From an uncultured Sphingomonadales bacterium (lineage in GTDB: Bacteria; Pseudomonadota; Alphaproteobacteria; Sphingomonadales; Govanellaceae): a stretch of DNA of 64,000 nucleotides. Where the stretch lies: the NCBI GenBank assembly GCA_964508185.1, contig CAZDSS010000002.1, positions 6,674 to 70,673 on the forward strand, in the 5' to 3' direction. How positions within the stretch are numbered: the first letter of the stretch is position 1; each line of letters starts with the position of its first letter. This document shows positions 36,584-44,133 of this stretch, piece by piece. The notes under the pieces were generated by a model, which worked only from the letters and a program-made list of their open reading frames with translations, did no database searches and was not told where the DNA came from. Made by a program: the position numbers and the translations under genes.

Positions 36584-37290
36584 ATGGAAAGTTCAACGAG
36601 CTCGTAGGTGGTGGCGAGATAGCCGCCGACCCGGATCTTCACGAAGATGAAGTCGTCGGGCAGGCACCACAGCTCTTCCGGCGGATGCTCCTTGGGCAGC
36701 GCGCCCGCGAGATGGAACAGATAGCTGTCCACCTCGAAGGTGCCGGCGCGCACCGTGATGGTCTCGCGCCCGCGATATTCGATGCCGAAGCGGATGGGCA
36801 GGATCATGGGCCCACCGCTGCCGTCATGCTCCAGCGAACTCAGGTAGGACCGCTCCATCATCTGGACGCCGCCCTTCTTGTGGTCGTAGGCGGCAAGATG
36901 CCAGATGTCGCAGGACAGGGGGTGAGGTCCGAAGGTCTCGATGGGCGACGGCAGGCTGATGCGCTGGTCGATGCGGCCGAGATCGCGGTTCCAGCTCTGG
37001 AGCTCGATCTCCGTGCCGTTGAAGCGGTACCAGCCGGTGCCCTGCAGGCTGCCGTCCTTGATGAGACGGATATAGCTGTCGATGGGCCGGAAATTGCGGT
37101 CCACCGAATAGACGATGTCCTTGGACAGCGCCCGGTCGAAGATTTCGCATGTGGCGTGCAGCGTGCGGCTGCCGTCGGGGGCGACGCTCACCGAGAAGCG
37201 CTCGGTGCCGCGCAGGCCGACCTCGTCCCCGATGGCCTCGATGACGCCCGCGTAATGGCGGCGTCCCTGCCCTTGCGATCGTGATGACAT
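36580..37290 (-). CDS. Cytoplasmic protein of unknown function (paralog family S, copy 2)
   Basis: 236 aa from the ATG at 37290, preceded by GAGGGAGGG. Collinear with 27140-27892. Confidence 0.8.
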   Translation of the reverse strand: MSSRSQGQGRRHYAGVIEAIGDEVGLRGTERFSVSVAPDGSRTLHATCEIFDRALSKDIVYSVDRNFRPIDSYIRLIKDGSLQGTGWYRFNGTEIELQSWNRDLGRIDQRISLPSPIETFGPHPLSCDIWHLAAYDHKKGGVQMMERSYLSSLEHDGSGGPMILPIRFGIEYRGRETITVRAGTFEVDSYLFHLAGALPKEHPPEELWCLPDDFIFVKIRVGGYLATTYELVELSM

Positions 37291-37315
37291 CCCTTGTCCC
37301 TCCCTCAAGACAGGT

Positions 37316-37339
37316 CCGGCACGGATGATACCGTGCCGG
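37316..37339 (-). other. Intercistronic stem-loop between the TBDR gene and the family-S gene
   Basis: A 9-bp inverted repeat (CCGGCACGG / CCGTGCCGG) with a 6-nt loop and no U-tract. It could be a partial terminator or a processing/stability element. Confidence 0.4.
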
Positions 37340-37363
37340 AGCCGAATGCGGATTGGCCCGCCG

Positions 37364-39649
37364 TTACATCTGGTAGCGCGCGGTGAGCGTCCACATGCGC
37401 GGCGGATTGAAGTAGATGGCGTTGAAGCCGAGCGCCGGGATGAAGAACTGGCCGGTGGAATATTCTTCCTTGAACAGGTTCTTCACCGCGAGCGCAAGAC
37501 GGAAGCGGCTGTCGTCCGTCTCCCAGGCGACCTGCGCATCCACGAGATCATAGCCGTCCTCGCGCGACGCCACCGGGTTGCAGGAGCTGTGATAGTAGCC
37601 GCTCTTGCGGGTCCAGTTGCCGCCGATGGACATGGTGCCGCCCAGCACCTCGGGGATCGCGTAGTCGATCGCAAGGTTGCTCGAGAAGCTCGGCGCGAAC
37701 TTCTGCCGGAGCTTCGCCGTGCCGGTGCCCACCGGGCCGCAGTCCGCCACCTGGTCGAAATTGATCTTGGTGTACTTGTTGGCGAGATAGCCGACCGAGG
37801 CATTGACCTGCAGATTGCGGATGGGAAGCGCGGTCAGTTCAAGCTCCACGCCCTCGGTGCGCACGTCGCCCACGGAGAAGCGGGTGAGCGCGCCTGTCAC
37901 CTGGTCGGTGCCGGTGCCCTGCAGATCGTCGATCTCGTTGCGGAACACGGCCACGTTGGTGCGCAGGCGGCGGTCGAGCCAGTCGGCCTTGACGCCCGCC
38001 TCATAGGCCCAGACCTTCTCCGGCGCGATGGGCTCGAGCTTGTAGAGCTGGGTGCTCATCTCGCGGCCGTCGAACGCGCCCGACTTGAAGCCCTTGGAGA
38101 CCGAGGCATAGAGCAGCAGGTCATCGCGCACCGCGTAATCCACCGCAAAGCGCGGCGTGACGGAGGACCAGCTTTCCTTGATCTGGCGGGCGAGCGGCAC
38201 GGTGACCGCGCCCGCCGGGCTCGCGCCGTCGCACGGGCCGGCGGAGAACACGTCGCGGCCCACGGGCGCGGCGCAGATCAGGCTCGGCGAACCGTCGGGA
38301 TGGAACATGGCCGAGGCGAAATCCTTCTCGTCCCGGGTCCAGCGGATGCCGGTCGTCACCGTCCAGCGGTCGGAAAGGTGCCACGAGCCCGACGCGAAGA
38401 CGGCGATGCTGTCCGTATCCAGCGTGGTGTCCGCATAATCGTTGGCGCCAGCAGGCGCGAGGATCATGTTCTCGGTGATCTGGCTGTTTTCCTCGCGGAA
38501 CCAGTAGACGCCGACCACGTAATCAAGCAGTCCGCCGAAGGCCTGGCCGGACGCCTGCAGTTCCTGGCTGAACTGCTCCTGGTCCTGGTCCTGATAGAGA
38601 TGGAGGCACGGCAGATCGAAGCCGAAGCAGGTATCCTGCCCGTCGGCGTCCAGTACGAATTCGGAGCTCATCTCGCGCCAGGCGGTGATGGAGCGCAGCG
38701 TCACCGCGCCGAGATCGTAGCTGATGTTGAGCGAGGCGCCGCGCTGGTCGATCTCGCTCATGGGGTTCGTGAGATCGGAGCGCAGGGTGTAGACGTCGCG
38801 GTCGCCGTCCACCTGCTGGTTCTTGTCCCACAGGCCGAGATCCGCCGGCGGCTGCAGGAGGACGCCGGTCGCGAACGCCGGGTCCGAATGGTCGCGGATC
38901 TCGTCATAGGAAATGAGGATGTCGAGGCGCTCGTTGGGCTGCCAGCGCAGGGAGGCGCGGCCCGCCAGCACGTCCTGATCGTTGACGTCGGCGCCGTTCA
39001 CCAGGTTCTTGGCCCAGCCGTCGCGCTGGCGCGACAGGAAGGCAAGCTGGCCGTAGAGCCCTTCGGCGAGCTTGCCGGAGACGCTCGCGCGCACGTCGAT
39101 CCGCTCGTGATTGCCGACGGTGCCTTCGAGCATCAGGCGGGTTTCCTCGTCCGGCTTGCGGCTCACGAGCTTGATGGCGCCGGCCGAGGTGTTGCGGCCG
39201 TAGAGCGTGCCCTGCGGTCCGCGCAGCACTTCGATGCGCTCGATGTCGTAGAGGTCGAACAGCGCGCCGTTCTGACGCGGAATGTAGACGTCGTCCACAT
39301 AGATCCCGACCGGCGGGTCGGAGGTGAAGAAGCTTTCATCCTCGCCGATGCCGCGGAGCGCGGCGCGGGCGCCGTTCTGCAGGCCCGTATTGGGCTCCAT
39401 CCAGAGGTTGGGGACGAAGTTCTGCACCTCGCGGACGGAGAAGACCTGCATGCGGTCGAGGGCGTTGGCGTCAAAGGCGCTGACCGCGATCGGTACGTCC
39501 TGCAGACGCTCCTCGCGGCGCTGGGCGGTGACGACGATCTCGTCGAGGGCGATGCCCTCCCGCAGCTGGGCGTGGCCGCTGTCGGCGACGAATACGGATG
39601 AAGCAAGGGCAATAGGCAGTACTAACGAACGACCAATGGCGTGATCCAT
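37364..39649 (-). CDS. TonB-dependent receptor
   Basis: 761 aa from the ATG at 39649 (GGGAGGA upstream). Plug region IVVTAQRREERLQDVPIAVSAF and IEVLRGPQGTLYGRNTSAGAIKL. The C-terminal residue is Met rather than the usual aromatic. Confidence 0.9.
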   Translation of the reverse strand: MDHAIGRSLVLPIALASSVFVADSGHAQLREGIALDEIVVTAQRREERLQDVPIAVSAFDANALDRMQVFSVREVQNFVPNLWMEPNTGLQNGARAALRGIGEDESFFTSDPPVGIYVDDVYIPRQNGALFDLYDIERIEVLRGPQGTLYGRNTSAGAIKLVSRKPDEETRLMLEGTVGNHERIDVRASVSGKLAEGLYGQLAFLSRQRDGWAKNLVNGADVNDQDVLAGRASLRWQPNERLDILISYDEIRDHSDPAFATGVLLQPPADLGLWDKNQQVDGDRDVYTLRSDLTNPMSEIDQRGASLNISYDLGAVTLRSITAWREMSSEFVLDADGQDTCFGFDLPCLHLYQDQDQEQFSQELQASGQAFGGLLDYVVGVYWFREENSQITENMILAPAGANDYADTTLDTDSIAVFASGSWHLSDRWTVTTGIRWTRDEKDFASAMFHPDGSPSLICAAPVGRDVFSAGPCDGASPAGAVTVPLARQIKESWSSVTPRFAVDYAVRDDLLLYASVSKGFKSGAFDGREMSTQLYKLEPIAPEKVWAYEAGVKADWLDRRLRTNVAVFRNEIDDLQGTGTDQVTGALTRFSVGDVRTEGVELELTALPIRNLQVNASVGYLANKYTKINFDQVADCGPVGTGTAKLRQKFAPSFSSNLAIDYAIPEVLGGTMSIGGNWTRKSGYYHSSCNPVASREDGYDLVDAQVAWETDDSRFRLALAVKNLFKEEYSTGQFFIPALGFNAIYFNPPRMWTLTARYQM

Positions 39650-39751
39650 GGAAATCCTCCCGAAATCTCCCACAGTGACCGGCGCTTGTGCCCGATCATC
39701 CAGCTTCATGCTGGGCCGCAGATCGCCTTCAAGGCCATCAACTAGTTGTCT

Positions 39752-40684
39752 TTATCGGCAACCCGCGGTTGGCAGGGTTGCGGAACTCCCCTTCGCCACG
39801 ATCTTGCGCACCTCGTCGAGGAAGCGGACGGAATCGGGCGAGCGCGTGCTGTTCTTGCGGAAGAAGACGGCGGTGGGCCGCTGCCACGGCGGCGAGGCCA
39901 CGTCGATCACCGCGAGCAATCCCGCCTCCACGTCGCGCCGCACCATCTCGTAGGGCAGCAGGAACAGGGCGTCCGACGCCTGGGCGAGGCTGACGGCGAA
40001 GGCCACCGAATCCGTCCGGAACTGGGCCTGCGGCGGCTCGAGCCCCGCGGCCTCGAAGCTTTCGCGCGCTTCCTCGATCGCCCGGTCCTCGTCCAGTCCC
40101 ATGATCCAGGGATAGGTTTCAAGCTCCTCGAGGGTCACGGCCTTGCGCCCGGCCAGGGGGTGTCCCGCGCGGCCGAACAGGTGATAGGTTTCCTGATTGA
40201 CGATGTGATGGCCGATCAGGGGATCCACCTCGTCCCGCGTCATGATGCTGACGAAGACGTCGATCTTGCCGTTGACGAGCTGCGGCATCAGGGTTTCATA
40301 GGTCCCTTCCACCACGGTGACCGAGAGCTTCGGATTCCAGCGCTTCACGGCCAGCACGGCGCAGGCGGCGATCTGCATGGCCGCGGCGGCGCCGACGCCG
40401 ATCGCGAGATCGTTGGTGCCCGTGCCCAGCATCTGGTCGAGATCGCGGCGGAGGCTCCGCACCTCGGCGTCGATGTTGCGGGCATAGGCCTCGATGCGCT
40501 CGGCGAAAAGGGTCGGATTCACCGAGCGGCTGTCGCGGTCGAACAGCCGGACGCCGAGGCTTTCCTCGAAACGGCGGATGCTCTTGCTCAGCGCCTGGGG
40601 CGTCAGATGGCACATCTCCGCCGCGCGCCAGTAGCTTCGCGTTTCCATGAGCGCCAGAAAATGGCGCAATTGCCGGATCTCCAT
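39752..40684 (-). CDS. LysR-family transcriptional regulator
   Basis: 310 aa. HTH MEIRQLRHFLALMETRSYWRAAEMCHLTPQALSKSIRRFEESLGVRLFDR. Same strand as, and directly upstream of, the TBDR cassette. Confidence 0.9.
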   Translation of the reverse strand: MEIRQLRHFLALMETRSYWRAAEMCHLTPQALSKSIRRFEESLGVRLFDRDSRSVNPTLFAERIEAYARNIDAEVRSLRRDLDQMLGTGTNDLAIGVGAAAAMQIAACAVLAVKRWNPKLSVTVVEGTYETLMPQLVNGKIDVFVSIMTRDEVDPLIGHHIVNQETYHLFGRAGHPLAGRKAVTLEELETYPWIMGLDEDRAIEEARESFEAAGLEPPQAQFRTDSVAFAVSLAQASDALFLLPYEMVRRDVEAGLLAVIDVASPPWQRPTAVFFRKNSTRSPDSVRFLDEVRKIVAKGSSATLPTAGCR

Positions 40685-40707
40685 GGTCCTCCCCCTGTTG
40701 CCGCGAT

Positions 40708-40719
40708 TTGTCTGGACAA
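40708..40719 (+). promoter_or_regulatory. Operator copy 5 (TTGTCTGGACAA) in the LysR / ba3-oxidase divergent region
   Basis: GATTTGTCTGGACAACGGG lies 23 nt upstream of the LysR ATG (40684) and about 180 nt upstream of the cbaD-like start. The A/T flank is oriented toward the plus-strand oxidase operon. Confidence 0.55.
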
Positions 40720-40898
40720 CGGGATCATTTCAGCATTTGGGGAGTCCCTTGGCAAGGGGCGCAGCGAGAAGCACCGGCTGGATGATGGTGTATGCCGCCC
40801 CTCAATTCCCGCCTGCCGGGGAACTTTTGCCCCCCTTGCGCCCTTATCCCCAGAGGCCGGTGCTGATGTCCGCAGGTCGGCCGGAAAGGGGGACGACC

Positions 40899-41099
40899 AT
40901 GTATCCCTATGACGAACCCTCCGCCGCAGACCGGCCAGAAGACGTGGAAGATCGCGTGAACGAAGACGATCTCGACCGCGTGATGGCCGAGGTCCCGCGC
41001 GGCGCCATGGCCCTTGCGGGCGTCGCCCTCCTCGTCCTCATGCTGTTCTGGCTCGTCATCTATTTCGGCGTCTTCATTCCCCGCGGCCCGGTGAATTGA
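40899..41099 (+). CDS. cbaD: ba3-type cytochrome oxidase small subunit IIa (CbaD-like) with acidic N-terminal extension
   Basis: 66 aa. The ATG at 40899 is preceded by AAAGGGGGA. The single TM tail PRGAMALAGVALLVLMLFWLVIYFGVFIPRG closely resembles, from memory, Thermus subunit IIa (...KPKGALAVILVLTLTILVFWLGVYAVFFARG). It sits directly upstream of subunits II and I. Confidence 0.65.
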   Translation: MYPYDEPSAADRPEDVEDRVNEDDLDRVMAEVPRGAMALAGVALLVLMLFWLVIYFGVFIPRGPVN

Positions 41100-41109
41100 G
41101 GAGTCGCAC

Positions 41110-41649
41110 ATGGACGAGCGCGACATCCTGAGGACCGAGCTGCGCTGGGGCGCCGTGGTGGCCGCCGCGGTCGCCCTCATCATCGCGGTGATCGTGGTCA
41201 CCGGCCTCGCCATGGCGCTGCACCCGCCGAGCAATGTGGAGCTCGTGAGCCCCACCCGCATCCATCTCGAAGGCGAGTTCGCCGAAAGCAATCTCGGCAG
41301 CATGGAAAACCCGGACGGCTCGGTGACCGTGCGCGTCGTCGCGACCCAGTTCACCTTCCTGCCGCGCTGCATTCCGGTGCCTGTCGATCGGCCGGTGAGC
41401 CTGCGCATCACCAGTCCCGACGTGATCCACGGCCTCATCGTCAGCGGCACCAATGTGAACACCATGGTCGTCCCCGGCTACGTGGCGGAGGTCAACACCC
41501 GCTTCCGCGCCGCGGGCGACCATCTGATGCCCTGCCACGAATATTGCGGCCTCGGGCACAGCGAGATGTGGAGCATCATCCGCGTCCTGCCGGCGGAGCG
41601 CTGGCAGCCGGACGAGAACGGGAGGGTCGCTTGTGACTTACAGGGCTGA
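41110..41649 (+). CDS. cbaB: Cytochrome c oxidase subunit II, ba3 (B-family) type, CuA cupredoxin
   Basis: 179 aa with one N-terminal TM segment. ITSPDVIHG plus CuA ligands CHEYCGLGHSEM. Confidence 0.88.
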   Translation: MDERDILRTELRWGAVVAAAVALIIAVIVVTGLAMALHPPSNVELVSPTRIHLEGEFAESNLGSMENPDGSVTVRVVATQFTFLPRCIPVPVDRPVSLRITSPDVIHGLIVSGTNVNTMVVPGYVAEVNTRFRAAGDHLMPCHEYCGLGHSEMWSIIRVLPAERWQPDENGRVACDLQG

Positions 41650-43264
41650 CCGACTGATCCTCGCCCATCTCTGGGTCGCCTTCGCGGCCTTCGCCTTCGC
41701 CGCGGTGCTTGGCGCATGGCAGATGCTGGTGCGAAGCCCGCTGCCCGCGCCCTTCGCCCATAACGAAACCTATTTCGCCTCGGTCACCGCCCACGGCACC
41801 CTCATGGCCTATGTGCTGACGACGCTGTTCGTCATGGGCTTCGGCTATTTCGTGGCGGTGACCGCCCTCGACCGGCCGCTGCCCAGCATGCGCGCGGCCT
41901 GGGTCGGGTTCTGGCTGGCGGTTGCAGGGATCGTTCTTGCCGCCGTCACCGTGCTTTCGGGCCGCGCCACGGTGCTTTACACCTTCTACCCGCCCCTCAC
42001 GGGGAGCGTGTTCTATTATCTCGGCGTCCTCCTCGTGGTCATCGGCTCGTGGATCTGGTGCGCGCTGATGATCATCGCCCTCATGCGCTGGAAGCGGGAG
42101 CAGCCGGGACGTCCCGTTCCGCTCGCCATGTATGCGACGGTCGCCAATGTGGTGCTGTGGCTCTGGACCACGGTGGGGGTCGGCGTCGAACTGCTGTTCC
42201 AGGTGATCCCCGCCGCCCTCGGTCTCACCGAGACGGTGGATGTGGGGCTGTCCCGCACCCTCTTTTCCTGGACCCTGCATGCCATCGTCTATTTCTGGCT
42301 GATCCCGGCCTATATCGCGTTCTACACCATCCTGCCGCGGGCGGCGGGCGGGCGGCTTTACAGCGACACCATGGGGCGGCTGAGCTTCATCCTGTTCCTG
42401 CTCTACAGCCTGCCCGTTGGCATGCATCACCTGTTCATGGATCCGGAGCACGGGAGCGGCTTCAAGTTCCTGCAGATGATGCTGACGGCGCTTGTCACCG
42501 TGCCCACCCTGCTCACGATCTTCACCATCGGCGCGTCGCTCGAGATCGCAGGCCGGCTCAGGGGCGGCAAGGGCCTTTTCGGCTGGCTCCGCACCCTGCC
42601 CTATGACCGGCCCATGGTGCTGGCGGCGGCGCTTGCCTTCATCATGCTGGGGCTCGGCGGCTTCGGCGGCCTCATCAACATGGCCTACGGCATGAACGCC
42701 ATGGTTCACAACACGTCGTGGGTCACCGCGCACTTCCACCTGATCTTCGGCGGCTCCGTCGTCATCATGTATTTCGCGATCGCCTACGAGATCTGGCCGA
42801 AGCTCACCAACCGCCGCGCGCCCTCCGTCGCCCTGCAGCGCCTGCAGCTCTGGACATGGTTCGTCGGCATCATGGTGACCACGCTGCCATGGCATGCCCT
42901 GGGCCTCTTTGGTCAGCCGCGGCGGGTTGCGACCTTCGACTACGACAACCCGATCCTCAGCCACTGGGGGCCGTGGACGGTGGTCTCCGCCGTCGGCGGC
43001 TTCATCATGCTGGTGGGCGCGCTTCTCTTCGTCTGGAACCTCGCGCGGCATCATGGCGGCGTCGTCGCGCCCGCCCGGCGCATGACCTATGCCCTCGCCG
43101 TCCATCCGCCGCAGCGCCTGCCCGCGGCGCTCAACGGCTTCGCGCTGTGGAACTGGCTGGTGCTGTTCCTGATGGCGGTGGCTTACGGCTATCCCATCGC
43201 CCAGTTCTTCCTGATCGATGTGGAGCCCGCGCTCATCCACCGCGTCGCCGGGGGAGGCCCGTGA
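41633..43264 (+). CDS. cbaA: Cytochrome c oxidase subunit I, ba3 (B-family) type
   Basis: 543 aa. GTG start after GGGAGGG. B-family blocks ATVLYTFYPPL, HAIVYFWLIPAY (His-Tyr), VGMHHLF, GRLRGGKGLFGWLRTLP and HNTSWVTAHFH. Confidence 0.92.
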   Translation: MTYRADRLILAHLWVAFAAFAFAAVLGAWQMLVRSPLPAPFAHNETYFASVTAHGTLMAYVLTTLFVMGFGYFVAVTALDRPLPSMRAAWVGFWLAVAGIVLAAVTVLSGRATVLYTFYPPLTGSVFYYLGVLLVVIGSWIWCALMIIALMRWKREQPGRPVPLAMYATVANVVLWLWTTVGVGVELLFQVIPAALGLTETVDVGLSRTLFSWTLHAIVYFWLIPAYIAFYTILPRAAGGRLYSDTMGRLSFILFLLYSLPVGMHHLFMDPEHGSGFKFLQMMLTALVTVPTLLTIFTIGASLEIAGRLRGGKGLFGWLRTLPYDRPMVLAAALAFIMLGLGGFGGLINMAYGMNAMVHNTSWVTAHFHLIFGGSVVIMYFAIAYEIWPKLTNRRAPSVALQRLQLWTWFVGIMVTTLPWHALGLFGQPRRVATFDYDNPILSHWGPWTVVSAVGGFIMLVGALLFVWNLARHHGGVVAPARRMTYALAVHPPQRLPAALNGFALWNWLVLFLMAVAYGYPIAQFFLIDVEPALIHRVAGGGP

Positions 43265-44130
43265 TGCAGGACCGGCCCGCAGTCCCCGCCGAACAGGAAG
43301 CCCTGAACCGCCCGTGGCGCGTCTGGGCGACGGTCGCCGTCGTCGTCTTCGTGGCGGTGAGCGTGCTTCTGGGCTTCGTCGTGCTCCCCAAGCAAGCGGG
43401 CGCCGACGACAGCCTGTTCGCCGCCATCTGCCGGGCGATCGGCATACCCGGCTATGGCGCGCCCCAAGACTCGGGAGCGGGCGCGGGCGACAAGCCGATC
43501 GCCGCATCCAACGTCGCCTGGTCGCCCGAGATCCGCGGCGGCCTCAAGCGCGCCAACCTCGAGAACGGCGCAAGGATCGCGGGCGAGATCTGCGTCAGCT
43601 GCCATGGCGAGGACGGGATCGCGGTCGATCCCATCTATCCCAATCTCGCCCACCAGTCGCCGCGCGCCATCTTCAAGCAGCTGCAGGACTATGCGGACGG
43701 GCGGCGCACCGGCGGCCAGGCGGAGGTGATGATGCCCTTCGCCCAGCAGCTCGACGACCAGCAGCGCTTCGATGTGGCTGTCCATTACGCCGCCCAGACG
43801 CCGAAACCGCAGATCGTGGCGGCAAGCGCCGTCGATCCGAGGATCGCCGAGATCGCCCGCCACGGCCATATCGGCCGCGGCATTCCGGCCTGTGATTCCT
43901 GCCACGGCATCGGGCTTACGGGACCCGAGGAGACGCCGGTGCTCAACGGCCAGCCACGGGACTATCTGGAACAGCAATTGACCAGTTTCGCGAACGGCGA
44001 ACGCAGCAACGACATCTATGCGCGGATGCGGGAGATCGCGCGGCTCCTGACGCCCGAGGAGATCCGCCAGCTTGCGATCTATTACAGCGGCAAGCCGGAG
44101 ACCCGCTACAAGCCGCACCCCCTGCGCTGA
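43264..44130 (+). CDS. Membrane-anchored dihaem c-type cytochrome
   Basis: 288 aa from the ATG at 43264, which shares one base with the subunit I TGA. N-terminal TM segment VWATVAVVVFVAVSVLLGFVVL. Two haem c motifs, CVSCHG and CDSCHG. Confidence 0.85.
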   Translation: MQDRPAVPAEQEALNRPWRVWATVAVVVFVAVSVLLGFVVLPKQAGADDSLFAAICRAIGIPGYGAPQDSGAGAGDKPIAASNVAWSPEIRGGLKRANLENGARIAGEICVSCHGEDGIAVDPIYPNLAHQSPRAIFKQLQDYADGRRTGGQAEVMMPFAQQLDDQQRFDVAVHYAAQTPKPQIVAASAVDPRIAEIARHGHIGRGIPACDSCHGIGLTGPEETPVLNGQPRDYLEQQLTSFANGERSNDIYARMREIARLLTPEEIRQLAIYYSGKPETRYKPHPLR

Positions 44131-44133
44131 GGC

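Noticed and set aside
37364-37369. The TBDR 37364-39649 ends in ...ARYQM rather than the canonical C-terminal Phe or Trp used for BAM recognition
   Set aside because: I checked the reading frame and the stop codon (TAA at 37364-37366), so the observation is real. However, non-aromatic termini do occur in TBDRs. On its own this is not evidence of a pseudogene or of novelty.
39746-39761. TTGTCTTTATCGGCAA at the LysR stop, upstream of the TBDR, which superficially resembles the operator
   Set aside because: Only the TTGTC arm matches. The second arm is GGCAA and the spacing differs. It also overlaps coding sequence and the stop codon.
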